64,000 nt of DNA, taken from NCBI GenBank assembly GCA_964646995.1, contig CAZYIF010000010.1, forward strand, positions 4,133 to 68,132, in the 5' to 3' direction. Both the position numbers and the translations under genes were made by a program. Position 1 is the stretch's first letter, and the number at the start of each line of letters is the position of its first letter. Below the pieces are notes generated by a model. That model saw nothing but the letters and a program-made list of their open reading frames with translations, searched no databases and had not been told where the DNA came from. Positions 52,314-61,938 of this stretch are shown here, in pieces. Origin of the DNA: an uncultured Gammaproteobacteria bacterium (GTDB lineage: Bacteria > Pseudomonadota > Gammaproteobacteria > CAZYIF01).

Positions 52314-54863
52314 GTGGTTCATTCTGAAGCAAAGGCAAAAAGTGTGTTAAATAAAAAAGCAGGCGCGCATCTTATTGCTTTGTTTTTGCTGGGTGTGTTG
52401 CCTGTACTGGCGCTAGCTGCACCGGCGCAGCGCGTTGATGTGGCCACAGCACTGAATTGGCAACAGGACAACCGGCGTGTCTGCACGGGTTTTTTTAACG
52501 AGCCGATCCCTGCCCTGATCAGCACGGATGGTCAAACGCAGATTAGCGCCGATCAAACGACCGCACCGTTGCAGGGGCCATGGCATTTAGTGGGTAATGT
52601 TTCGTTACGCCAGGAAAATTTGCATATTCAAACTAAAGAAGCCTACCTCGAGGAACGGCAAAATAAACGGTCGTTGGTTAATCTCACCCAGCCTGTACGC
52701 ATCAGGCAGCCGGGGTCATTATTGTTGGCTGAAACAGGAACGTTTGATCTCGCTACCAAGCGCGGCAAACTTAACGATAGTCTGTACCGCATTGATATCG
52801 ACGATACGCAACATTACCTTGCTACTGTGGCAGCGGGACAAGCCTGGCAACCGAATGATGTGGCGTGGGGTAAGGCCGCGCAATTAGAGCAGCTTGATCC
52901 GCAACATTTACACGCACAGCAAGCGAGTTATAGCACCTGCGCGCCCTCGGTGCAGCCGGTATGGCAATTGCGCGCTAAACAAATTTATTTTAATAAAACG
53001 ACAGGACGCGTCACAGCTAAGCATGTACGCTTGTATGCACGGGCAGTTCCGGTTTTTTACACACCGTATTTAAGTTTCCCTACGAACAAAGAACGGCAAA
53101 GCGGTTTGTTACCACCGTCGGTTGGTTATAACCATAGGAACGGTGTGGATTTACGCCTGCCGTATTATTTTAATCTAGCGCCTAATTACGATTTTTTATT
53201 GACGCCCCGTTTACTCTTCAACCGTGGTTTGCAATTAAATAGTGAGTCGCGTTATTTAACTCAAAATGCAGTCGGTACATTTCAGTTAGATCTCATGCCG
53301 AACGACAGTGTGTTTAATGTAATGAAACGCGATGCGCCGGCGACGTATGCAAACAGTGAGTTTTTACCGGATTTATTGCAGGCTAGCCACGTCCGCAAGA
53401 GTGTGGCGTGGTACGAGCGGCGTCAATGGAGTCCGCATATTAGTACGGCAGTTAACTATAGCCGACTCAGCGATAATTATTGGCTAAATGATTTAGGTAA
53501 TATACACCCATTGCCAGAGACGATTAGCAGCAGCAACCAGTTAGTGCAGCAAGCCGAGATAAACTATAACAACGACCTCGTGAGTGCGAGCGGTAAATTA
53601 ATGAATTACCAGACGCTGGAACGTGTTAATTTGGCGGCGATCAATAGGCCGTATAACCGATTACCCGAACTTAACACCAAAATCACCTTGCCTACTACTA
53701 CCGCTTTGCAATCAGAAGTTAATCTGCAATATGTCAACTTTTCCTTGGCGTCACTACAGCCTGGTGAAGCGACGTTTCCTATTACCGGTGAGCGGTTGGT
53801 GGTGGATCCGCAGATCTCGATGCCGTTTAGTAATACCGCTGCGTATTTCACGCCGAGCTTACATTTGCATATGACGCAATACTATCTAAGGCATCAATTG
53901 GCAGGACGCAAAGACAATGTCACGCGTAATATTCCTATTTTTCAAGCCGACAGTGGTTTGTACTTTGAACGTGGCTTGCGCATCACACAACACGATCTCA
54001 CCCAAACACTGGAGCCCAGAATAAATTACACGTATATTCCTTATCGCGATCAAGACAGCATTCCCAATTTTGACAGTGGACGACTTTACTATAATTACAA
54101 TCAATTATTTTCTTACAATCGTTTTGCCGGTATCGACCGCATCGGTGATACCCAACAAGTTACCGTAGGTGCGACCACGCGTTTTATTGATAACGGTAAT
54201 GGGACTGAAAAATTAACCGTGAGTCTGGGACAAATTTTTTATTATTCGGCACATCGCGTTACTTTGTGCCTGCGTCCGGGTTGCGAAACCACGACGTTGA
54301 ATCCACCGCATCGCTTAGCCAATTGGCAACACTCCATCATCGCGGGTGAAGCGACTTATCGCATGGATAATCAATGGCAAGCTAACAGCAATTACAGTTG
54401 GGATCCTGCAACGCATCATCCGGTTGCTTACAACGCTTATTTTGGTTATAACCAAGATCAACAGCACATCATCAACGTGGGATATAACTACGCACAAGAT
54501 GTAACAAATTATATTAATAATGCCAATGCCCCACAAAATGAAGACTTAAAACAAGCGGCTTTTTCATTTGTTTGGCCCTTGCAGCAGAAATGGTTGGCAC
54601 TGAGCACATGGCAACAAAATCTAAAACGTGGGTATCTCCAAGATTATTTGTTGGGTGTAGAGTACAACAGCTGTTGTTGGGCGTTTAGGATCTTAGGGGG
54701 ACGTACCTTTTTAGAATTAAGCCCTGAACGTAAGCCAAAATTTAATAAGGCAATTTATCTGCAGTGGCAATTGACGGGAGTGGGTTCATTTGGCACACTT
54801 AGGCGCGGTGCCTTATTGAGTTCGATGATCCCCAACTACAGAGGAGACATTGTGCCACGTTAG
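52314..54863 (+). CDS. lptD: LPS-assembly outer-membrane protein LptD (Imp/OstA)
   Basis: 849 aa. Signal peptide (KKAGAHLIALFLLGVLPVLALA). N-terminal OstA domain and a large C-terminal beta-barrel. Canonical position upstream of surA. An alternative GTG start is at 52344. Confidence 0.9.
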   Translation: MVHSEAKAKSVLNKKAGAHLIALFLLGVLPVLALAAPAQRVDVATALNWQQDNRRVCTGFFNEPIPALISTDGQTQISADQTTAPLQGPWHLVGNVSLRQENLHIQTKEAYLEERQNKRSLVNLTQPVRIRQPGSLLLAETGTFDLATKRGKLNDSLYRIDIDDTQHYLATVAAGQAWQPNDVAWGKAAQLEQLDPQHLHAQQASYSTCAPSVQPVWQLRAKQIYFNKTTGRVTAKHVRLYARAVPVFYTPYLSFPTNKERQSGLLPPSVGYNHRNGVDLRLPYYFNLAPNYDFLLTPRLLFNRGLQLNSESRYLTQNAVGTFQLDLMPNDSVFNVMKRDAPATYANSEFLPDLLQASHVRKSVAWYERRQWSPHISTAVNYSRLSDNYWLNDLGNIHPLPETISSSNQLVQQAEINYNNDLVSASGKLMNYQTLERVNLAAINRPYNRLPELNTKITLPTTTALQSEVNLQYVNFSLASLQPGEATFPITGERLVVDPQISMPFSNTAAYFTPSLHLHMTQYYLRHQLAGRKDNVTRNIPIFQADSGLYFERGLRITQHDLTQTLEPRINYTYIPYRDQDSIPNFDSGRLYYNYNQLFSYNRFAGIDRIGDTQQVTVGATTRFIDNGNGTEKLTVSLGQIFYYSAHRVTLCLRPGCETTTLNPPHRLANWQHSIIAGEATYRMDNQWQANSNYSWDPATHHPVAYNAYFGYNQDQQHIINVGYNYAQDVTNYINNANAPQNEDLKQAAFSFVWPLQQKWLALSTWQQNLKRGYLQDYLLGVEYNSCCWAFRILGGRTFLELSPERKPKFNKAIYLQWQLTGVGSFGTLRRGALLSSMIPNYRGDIVPR

Positions 54864-54960
54864 CGAGTAGTGAACGGTGGTGCAGTGGTGGGGTGTCTGT
54901 GGTTTGGCCGTGGCATGCCTGGTGTGGCCTAGCAATTAATCTAACGAGAGTACAGATCGT

Positions 54961-56262
54961 ATGCGTAAATTATTTTTCTCGCTGTTTATGAGTGCAATAG
55001 GCATTATCGGATTATGTGACATGCCTACCGCCTTGGCTAAGGCCGGTATAAAACAACCGTTGGATCGTATCATCGCTATCGTTGAGCAGGAAACCATTAC
55101 GCAATCCAAGTTGGATCAGGCGATTGCGGTGATTACGCAGCAGCTTGCGGCTAGCGCGCAAGCATTGCCGGATGAAACGGAGTTACGCAAGCAAGTGCTT
55201 AATAGGCTGATAGATAAGGCCTTACAATTAAATTTAGCGAAAGTGATGGGGTTAGCTATCAATGATATGGCGTTAGATCAGGCGGTAGGCGATATTGCTG
55301 CGGAAAATCATATGAGCTTAGATGAATTAAAACAACAGTTGTCAGCGCAACACATCGATTACCAACAGTTTCGACAAGATACGCGCGACAATCTGCTGCT
55401 ACAAGCCATACAACACCGTGAGGTATTCAGCAAAATCAAAGTGGATACACAAGAATTGCGTAAAGCCGTTGAGGAAGTGCGTAAGCAGCAAACGCAACAA
55501 AGTGAGTATCGCTTGCAGCACGTTTTTGTCGCCGTTGATGAGACCGCAGATGCCGGTAAAAAACAAGCCGCGTTACAGTTAACCAATAGTCTTAGTCAGC
55601 GGCTTAGTCGCGAACAAGCATTGTCTGAGGATCAGTTGTTGGAAGGATTTACGGTTAAATTTGAAAATCATGATTGGCAAAAAGTGAATGAAATTCCCGC
55701 CTTATTTGTAGAAAAGTTACAGAAAATGCAGCGCAATGAAATCTCTACACCGATTGTCGCACCGAACGGTTATCATTTAGTAAAGTTGTTGGAGATGCGT
55801 CAACCGGCGCATGTCGTTAAGGAATATCACGCCAGACAGATTGTACGTAAAATCAGTGCCAATGCCCCGGCTGAGTCGGTGTTAGAAGACATACGGCAAT
55901 TGCGTGCACGGGTCATGCACGGTGAATCGTTTGCGCGCCTAGCGGAAACCTACTCCCAAGAGCCAGACAGCGCAAGCAAGGGTGGTGATATGGGGTGGAT
56001 AGAACCGGACGCGCTGGTTGCACCCTTGGCGCAAGCGTTGCAATCATTGCCTGTGCAGGCTATCAGTGATCCCATACGTAGCCATTTGGGCTGGTGTGTG
56101 CTACAAAAGTTGGGTGAACGCGAGGTGCATAACCAACAACAATGGGAAGAAAAACAAGCGCGTAATATCGTGTTGGAGAGAAATTTCAATAAGAGCCTGG
56201 TCTCGTGGCTGCAAACATTGCGTAATCATGCGTATATCAAAATCGACCCGGCGTACCAATGA
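54961..56262 (+). CDS. surA: periplasmic chaperone / peptidyl-prolyl isomerase SurA
   Basis: 433 aa. Signal peptide, N-terminal SurA chaperone domain, two parvulin-type PPIase domains. Confidence 0.9.
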   Translation: MRKLFFSLFMSAIGIIGLCDMPTALAKAGIKQPLDRIIAIVEQETITQSKLDQAIAVITQQLAASAQALPDETELRKQVLNRLIDKALQLNLAKVMGLAINDMALDQAVGDIAAENHMSLDELKQQLSAQHIDYQQFRQDTRDNLLLQAIQHREVFSKIKVDTQELRKAVEEVRKQQTQQSEYRLQHVFVAVDETADAGKKQAALQLTNSLSQRLSREQALSEDQLLEGFTVKFENHDWQKVNEIPALFVEKLQKMQRNEISTPIVAPNGYHLVKLLEMRQPAHVVKEYHARQIVRKISANAPAESVLEDIRQLRARVMHGESFARLAETYSQEPDSASKGGDMGWIEPDALVAPLAQALQSLPVQAISDPIRSHLGWCVLQKLGEREVHNQQQWEEKQARNIVLERNFNKSLVSWLQTLRNHAYIKIDPAYQ

Positions 56263-57260
56263 AGGAACAGTGCGTACGGACCATTGCTATCACTAGTGGT
56301 GAACCCGCCGGTATCGGCCCTGACTTAGTGGTGCAATTGGCGCAGCAAGCACACGCGTGCGCGTTAGTCGGCATAGGCGATGCGGATCTCTTGCAGCAAC
56401 GCGCGCGGCAATTGGGTTTACCTTTACACGTGCAAGCCTTTACCGAATCCACCGCACAACACCGACATCAACCGGGTACGCTGCAAGTCATACATGTGCC
56501 TTTACGTGAGCACTGCGAGGCAGGCGTGTTGCAACCACACAACGCGCAGTATGTGTTAGATATATTGCAGTGTGCGATAGAGGGTTGCCAACAACAGCGG
56601 TTCTCTGCCGTGGTCACCTGCCCGCTGCATAAAGCGGTTATTAATGCAGGTGGCATACCGTTTCGCGGTCATACCGAATTTTTCGCTCAACAAACGCAGA
56701 GTGAGCACGTGGTCATGCTATTGGCGAGTGAGCACTTACGTGTCGCATTGGCTACTACGCACATCCCTTTGGCTGAGGTTGCCGCGAGTATTCAGGCGGA
56801 TTCATTAGAAAAAACCTTGCGGGTGTTAGCGCATGATTTGACGCGTTTATTTGGTGTGGTTGATCCTTACATCGGTGTTTGTGGTTTAAATCCACATGCG
56901 GGCGAAAACGGTTACATGGGGCAGGAAGAACAAACGATCTTGCGTCCGTTATTAGCAAAACTACGCCAACAGGGCATGCGCTTGAGTGAGCCCCTGTCTG
57001 CGGATACGGCATTTGTGCCGGCACATGCACAGCAATTTGATGCCATCTTAGCGATGTATCACGATCAGGGTTTACCCGCATTAAAAGCATCGGCCTTTGG
57101 CCATATTGTGAATGTCACGCTGGGTTTGCCGATTATCCGTACCTCCGTGGATCACGGCACTGCATTAGCCTTAGCCGGTACGGGTAAGGCCAATAGCAGC
57201 AGCGTGCACGCGGCGCTGGTGCTGGCACAACAACTCGTCGAGCAAGCGCGACATGCATAA
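56259..57260 (+). CDS. pdxA: 4-hydroxythreonine-4-phosphate dehydrogenase
   Basis: 333 aa. ITSGEPAGIGPDL N-terminus. HTEFF, LYHDQGL-like metal-site motifs (AMYHDQGLPALK). Shares a 4-nt overlap with surA. Confidence 0.93.
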   Translation: MKEQCVRTIAITSGEPAGIGPDLVVQLAQQAHACALVGIGDADLLQQRARQLGLPLHVQAFTESTAQHRHQPGTLQVIHVPLREHCEAGVLQPHNAQYVLDILQCAIEGCQQQRFSAVVTCPLHKAVINAGGIPFRGHTEFFAQQTQSEHVVMLLASEHLRVALATTHIPLAEVAASIQADSLEKTLRVLAHDLTRLFGVVDPYIGVCGLNPHAGENGYMGQEEQTILRPLLAKLRQQGMRLSEPLSADTAFVPAHAQQFDAILAMYHDQGLPALKASAFGHIVNVTLGLPIIRTSVDHGTALALAGTGKANSSSVHAALVLAQQLVEQARHA

Positions 57261-58050
57261 ACCGCAAAAGCAGTTAGGCCAACATTTTTTACAGGATACA
57301 CAAGTCATTGCCGATATTGTAGCGGCCGCTGCTATCGGTAAACAGGATCACGTCGTGGAGATCGGTCCCGGTTTAGGTGCATTGACTACGCTCATCGCGG
57401 AACGCGCACGGCGCTTAGATTTGATCGAATTCGATCGGAATTTAGCCGACACATTGCGCCGGCAATTTGCCCATGACGCGCACGTGCACGTGCATCAAGC
57501 CGATGCGTTAACCTTTGATTTTGCGCAACTCGTCACTGACCAACAGCCATTACGTGTGATGGGTAACTTGCCGTATAACATCTCCACTCCCCTGCTGTTT
57601 CACGTGTTGGATTACCAGCCGCTTATCCAAGATATGTTGTTTATGTTGCAACAAGAGGTGGTGTTACGTTTGGTAGCCACACCCGGACACAAGGCCTATG
57701 GGCGCCTTACCGTCATGGCGCGTTATCATTGCCAAGCCGCGATGCTGTTTCATGTGCCACCCAGTGCTTTTTTTCCGGTGCCACGCGTGGATTCAGCGGT
57801 CGTACACTTAGTCCCGCATCGATCTGCGCTGGCGCCGACAACCTGTCCGGTTGCACTCAATGACATCGTCACGCTGGCGTTTAATCAACGGCGTAAAACC
57901 TTGGGCAATGCCTTAAAGACGCGTTTCACGCGGCAGCAATTATTGGCGTTGCAGATCGATCCCAACCTGCGTGCGGAGCAGCTATCCTTAGACGATTTTA
58001 TAGTGCTGAGTGGCAATATAACGGATGTCGCCGGTGACGCGACGGAGTAA
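57253..58050 (+). CDS. rsmA: 16S rRNA (adenine1518/1519-N6)-dimethyltransferase RsmA (KsgA)
   Basis: 265 aa. MHKPQKQLGQHFLQD N-terminus. SAM motif VVEIGPGLGALT. NLPYNIS catalytic motif. Confidence 0.95.
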   Translation: MHKPQKQLGQHFLQDTQVIADIVAAAAIGKQDHVVEIGPGLGALTTLIAERARRLDLIEFDRNLADTLRRQFAHDAHVHVHQADALTFDFAQLVTDQQPLRVMGNLPYNISTPLLFHVLDYQPLIQDMLFMLQQEVVLRLVATPGHKAYGRLTVMARYHCQAAMLFHVPPSAFFPVPRVDSAVVHLVPHRSALAPTTCPVALNDIVTLAFNQRRKTLGNALKTRFTRQQLLALQIDPNLRAEQLSLDDFIVLSGNITDVAGDATE

Positions 58051-58227
58051 ATGCAGCACTATTGTGGCAGTAACTTGTCGACTATCATATGTGCTTCGCG
58101 CACAACCAAAAGCGGAACTTGCAACAGTTGCCCTGAGCAAGCATTGACAGAATGTCTTTTTTTTTGCCATGCTCGCACGGATGAATGCCACGGTTGGCTA
58201 ATACAGACAGCGAGAAGAGGTAGCGTG

Positions 58228-58362
58228 ATGGCATTTGAGAATAATAATACGAAATCCACAGTAGATGACGTGAGCCAGGAGATTCAGCGGCTCATTGCAA
58301 AAAGACAGCAAATGGCTTCGATAGTGCCTCAATTGATCGAGGATCTGAAATATGGCGCGTAG
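58228..58362 (+). CDS. small hypothetical protein (44 aa)
   Basis: MAFENNNTKSTVDDVSQEIQRLIAKRQQMASIVPQLIEDLKYGA. AGAGG lies 9 nt upstream of the ATG. 20 nt upstream of the next ORF. Confidence 0.3.
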   Translation: MAFENNNTKSTVDDVSQEIQRLIAKRQQMASIVPQLIEDLKYGA

Positions 58363-58382
58363 ACGCTATTGCTAGCTTACTA

Positions 58383-59351
58383 TTGATGTGTCTTGATAAA
58401 GAGACATTTTTAGCTGTTTTGTCTCATGACAAGGTGAGTGGTTTTTTGTCAGGACGCCGAAACTTAAGTGAATTCCTCCTATTGCTTAGTCAGAATCAAG
58501 AGAGGGTAATTTGGTTTCTCGAAGTATTTCAGTTTAAAAACACAGACGACTTGCAACATGTTATTGACGTTCTTCCTCCAGAACAGAAGAAGGAAATAAT
58601 AAAGCAAAATATTTCCCTGTTTTTCCAAGGATACGACGATGCACGCAAAGCGATAGCGCGAGTTAATTTCATAAGGGGATTATTTTCCGACGAAGAAATC
58701 TCACGTATGTTAGATACGGCGTTTTTTAATGCGCTCTTGGTGACGCATCAGCACACCGCCGTAGTTGTCTTGAATAAAGCACTGAAGATTCACGTTATGC
58801 GAGAGCAAGTAATGTCTGCATTTTTTGAATCTTTCTTACACTATCTACGCGATTCTTTCGGTGTGCAGGATTTGTCGGACACCGAGAGGAGTTTACTCCA
58901 CATTTTACTGTATTCACTCAGAGATCAGAGCGATCTTTTAGCGGTTGCTCAGTCCCACCAGTCATTTGCCGCGTGGGCACGTCTTTTGACCTGTGTAAAT
59001 GACGGTTTGCCCATTGCAGCCGAAGCAATAAACGCTTTACCTGTTGTTGTTCGTCATGCGCTTTGCTTACAAGAAATGAGGAGAAAACTTGTCACGGGAG
59101 ATTTGATCTCAACCGTGAAAATTTTATCTTTTCCGGAACTCGAAGAGTTTTACGTTGCACACCTTTATAAGCATCCTGTCGAAGTATTTTTAATGCTTTT
59201 TTCCGACGGATTCTCTGAAGAGTTCAGCAGACGACGGCATAGACGGCATCTCCTTGGGGATTTTGAAGACCAACTCTTGCCAAGTTTGGCGCAGCAGGAG
59301 CCTGGCGCAAGAAAGGAAATTTTACACTTACTATTGAAATATATTGCCTAA
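58383..59351 (+). CDS. hypothetical protein (322 aa), looks AT-richer than neighbouring core genes by eye, no recognisable family
   Basis: Long ORF replacing the usual apaG/apaH position downstream of rsmA. Alpha-helical-looking. Confidence 0.45.
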   Translation: MMCLDKETFLAVLSHDKVSGFLSGRRNLSEFLLLLSQNQERVIWFLEVFQFKNTDDLQHVIDVLPPEQKKEIIKQNISLFFQGYDDARKAIARVNFIRGLFSDEEISRMLDTAFFNALLVTHQHTAVVVLNKALKIHVMREQVMSAFFESFLHYLRDSFGVQDLSDTERSLLHILLYSLRDQSDLLAVAQSHQSFAAWARLLTCVNDGLPIAAEAINALPVVVRHALCLQEMRRKLVTGDLISTVKILSFPELEEFYVAHLYKHPVEVFLMLFSDGFSEEFSRRRHRRHLLGDFEDQLLPSLAQQEPGARKEILHLLLKYIA

Positions 59352-59384
59352 GCTGAGAGTTGGTGTCCCAACCCCAACGCTTTA

Positions 59385-59756
59385 TTGGTGTTAGCTGTGA
59401 TGATGTTCTCGATGATGCTCATGGCAGTTCCTGATGATTTTCCCGTAAGTGTGCTCCTTGCGGCGTTGGTGATAGTCATCGCTGGATGCATCCGACTCGC
59501 GATGTTAGCAACTGAACGAGCTGAAGATTACGAATTCGACCCTGTGCTCGTTCGATTTAAACCCAAGGTAGAAGAAGCGTTGAGAGACGTGGAAGTACAG
59601 TTGGCTGAACGGGATGTGCCATCGAGGCCGAGAAGATTTGTGTTAGGTGGGCCTTTAACTCTTTTTCAGTTGCCGCGGAACAATTATCATGCGTTGTCTG
59701 AAGAACTTCACAGCGTGGAATTAGGTAGAATGCGCCAGGCATTGGGTGCTGGGTAA
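59385..59756 (+). CDS. hypothetical small protein with N-terminal hydrophobic segment(s)
   Basis: 123-aa track ORF with a TTG start. A possible ATG lies a few codons in. One or two TM helices (VSVLLAALVIVIAGCIRLAML). Confidence 0.3.
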   Translation: MVLAVMMFSMMLMAVPDDFPVSVLLAALVIVIAGCIRLAMLATERAEDYEFDPVLVRFKPKVEEALRDVEVQLAERDVPSRPRRFVLGGPLTLFQLPRNNYHALSEELHSVELGRMRQALGAG

Positions 59757-59916
59757 TTTCACCGATGTGCTTTGACGGAGTTTCCTCTTGACTGGCAAGC
59801 AAGGGGCGCTGGCGTGTTTAGCTTTTCGCTGTTGCCAATTACGCTGCGACGTTGTGTGGTAGCGTGATCGCGGGGCGTGAAGGCGGTACATGTCGTAGCA
59901 TCCGGCCGGTTTTCTT

Positions 59917-59951
59917 GACAAGCGCGAGTGTTTTGGCGAATAATCCGCCAC
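59917..59951 (+). promoter_or_regulatory. putative sigma70 promoter (TTGACA - 17/18 bp - AATAAT) upstream of the LRR-protein gene
   Basis: ttgacaagcgcgagtgttttggcgaataat. Perfect -35 hexamer. Confidence 0.35.
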
Positions 59952-60072
59952 GAGCTGTGTACGCTATTTATTTTTGCAATACTAGTGCGCACACTCAGTG
60001 TCTCGGCATTTTTCTAGGGAAGACAATGTGCGGTAAGGACGTCTAATTACTAATTAAAAAGTAGAGGTTTTT

Positions 60073-61536
60073 ATGCAGAATGATCGTCCCATCCTTCCCA
60101 TCCATGCGCTAATTAAATTTTTTAAGGGTGAGCAACGTAGAGGTTCCGTGACAGATATTGTCAATACCGTACATCCACACGCACCACAGACGGCGCGTGA
60201 TGGCACTTACTGGTTGCAATTTTTACCTGAGAACAGCGAGGCACGGCAAGCTCGAGTAGCCAATCAATCAGGTATAGGCATCAGCACAAGCTCGCTTCCC
60301 ATGCAGCAGTTTGTCACCGTGCTCAAGAGTGCCAGCCAAAAACTACGTTTAGAAGAGAACGAGCAAGGGTCTTATGTGTTGACCGTGTCCGCGGCATTGA
60401 CGCCAGAGGAAGTACAGCAGTTGCTGATGGTGGCGTCCTATATGTGTTACACCGAAGTTAAGTGGGAGGTGGAGGTTGATCCTGCTACGAAACAAGCGTT
60501 TGCATTATTCACCGTGAGCAATCCAGCAGACATACTGCAGTTGATTTCACCGGAGAGTAGGAACACGCTGTTGCCTTTATTGCCGCAACTGCCTATCCAG
60601 CAGCTAGAGTACAACTATCCCGAGACTTTATCGGAAATCGATTTTGCGCAGTGGCAACGTATGCCTACTTTGAAAACCTTGTCTTTCGGTCGTTCTGCGT
60701 ATGTGGCGGATGACGTGATGATTGCTTTAATACAATTGCCGCTGCAGGAGTTGGCGTTGGTCATAAATGCTAAGACGAATATTGAGTGCTTAGTGAGTGC
60801 GTTGACTAGTAGTACCATACCAAAGCTTAGCTTATGTCGATTAACCCACGACTGGGATGCTGAAAAAAACGAGTGGGTAAAGCCGGTTGATCCAACGGTT
60901 AACATCAATAAATTACTCCTGTTTTGCACCACGCCAGAATCCCCCATACGTCAGTTGGATGTGTCTGCGCTGAAACTACCTGATAATCAGGCGTTAGGAT
61001 TAATTACGGGCATAGTGCAGCAAGGGCAAGTGACGCATTTGCACGTGGGTTCGGCCTGTACCATCACGGAGGCGGCCAAGCTGATATTGCCAACGGCAAT
61101 CAAAACCAACTTTACCTTACAAGTCTGTGAGATCACCGGTATTACCGAAGATGAGAAGATACAGCACGCATTGCGACGTAACCAAGCTTTGGCCGAGATT
61201 CGTCGTATCATTACAGAAGGGCAGCAACAGGGACTCTTAGCCAGCGACCGTGAATGTATTCCGCGCTTGATGACTAAGGCAAGATATCACGACGGGCAGG
61301 CATGGGGTGTCAATCGTGTGAGTTTTGCGGCTACGCCTGCAGCGACGCAGGCTGAATTGGATAAGTTTGAAAACTTAGCGGTATCCTTAACGGCTCAGGC
61401 GGCAAACTGCAAAGATCGCAAGCGGCCTAGTGTGTGGGGTAGTGTATTCAATATGTTTGGTGGGACAACGCAAGATCCTGCATTGGGCGGAAGCCAACAG
61501 CCGCCAACACCGACCGATGGCCACAGACCGAAGTAG
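60073..61536 (+). CDS. hypothetical protein with RNI-like leucine-rich repeats (eukaryotic-like domain)
   Basis: 487 aa. Central region shows LxxLxLxxN/CxI-type repeats (LKTLSFGRSAYVADDVMIALIQLPLQELALV..., IPKLSLCRLTHDWD, IRQLDVSALKLPDNQALGLI, VTHLHVGSACTITEAAKLIL). Confidence 0.5.
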   Translation: MQNDRPILPIHALIKFFKGEQRRGSVTDIVNTVHPHAPQTARDGTYWLQFLPENSEARQARVANQSGIGISTSSLPMQQFVTVLKSASQKLRLEENEQGSYVLTVSAALTPEEVQQLLMVASYMCYTEVKWEVEVDPATKQAFALFTVSNPADILQLISPESRNTLLPLLPQLPIQQLEYNYPETLSEIDFAQWQRMPTLKTLSFGRSAYVADDVMIALIQLPLQELALVINAKTNIECLVSALTSSTIPKLSLCRLTHDWDAEKNEWVKPVDPTVNINKLLLFCTTPESPIRQLDVSALKLPDNQALGLITGIVQQGQVTHLHVGSACTITEAAKLILPTAIKTNFTLQVCEITGITEDEKIQHALRRNQALAEIRRIITEGQQQGLLASDRECIPRLMTKARYHDGQAWGVNRVSFAATPAATQAELDKFENLAVSLTAQAANCKDRKRPSVWGSVFNMFGGTTQDPALGGSQQPPTPTDGHRPK

Positions 61537-61558
61537 TAGCCAAGAAATAAATGCGTAC

Positions 61559-61585
61559 CAATGCCCGCTCTGTTGGCGGGCATTG
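61559..61585 (+). terminator. stem-loop caatgcccgc-N7-gcgggcattg downstream of the LRR gene (no clear U-tract)
   Basis: Perfect 10-bp GC-rich stem 23 nt after the stop codon. Confidence 0.35.
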
Positions 61586-61669
61586 ACTGATGGGCACTCT
61601 AGCGATTGACAACAGCTTAAAATACATGCATTCTTTACCGTTTGAAAATCCAGCAAAAAGGTAATAATC

Positions 61670-61936
61670 GTGGCAAATTCAGCACAAGCAAAAAAACGTA
61701 TCAAGCAAGCCGGCAAGCACAGACAAACTAACATGGCATTGCGCTCTACCGCGCGTACGGCGATCAAAAAAGTGGTAAGGGCTGTCGAGACAGGCAATCG
61801 GGCCGCGGCGCAAGAAGCCTACAAATCAGCATTACCCATCATCGATAGCAGCGTGAATAAGGGCATTTTACATAAGAACAAAGCGGCAAGACATAAGAAG
61901 CGTATGGTTGCTGCTATTTTACGTTTGCCTGCGTAG
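61670..61936 (+). CDS. rpsT: 30S ribosomal protein S20
   Basis: 88 aa, (M)ANSAQAKKRIKQAGKHRQTNMALRS... GTG start, as in many bacteria. Confidence 0.93.
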   Translation: MANSAQAKKRIKQAGKHRQTNMALRSTARTAIKKVVRAVETGNRAAAQEAYKSALPIIDSSVNKGILHKNKAARHKKRMVAAILRLPA

Positions 61937-61938
61937 CG

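Noticed and set aside
58130-58170. Possible intrinsic terminator after rsmA (short GACA/TGTC stem followed by T9)
   Set aside because: The stem is only 4 bp. Too weak to call. It may just be a T-run.
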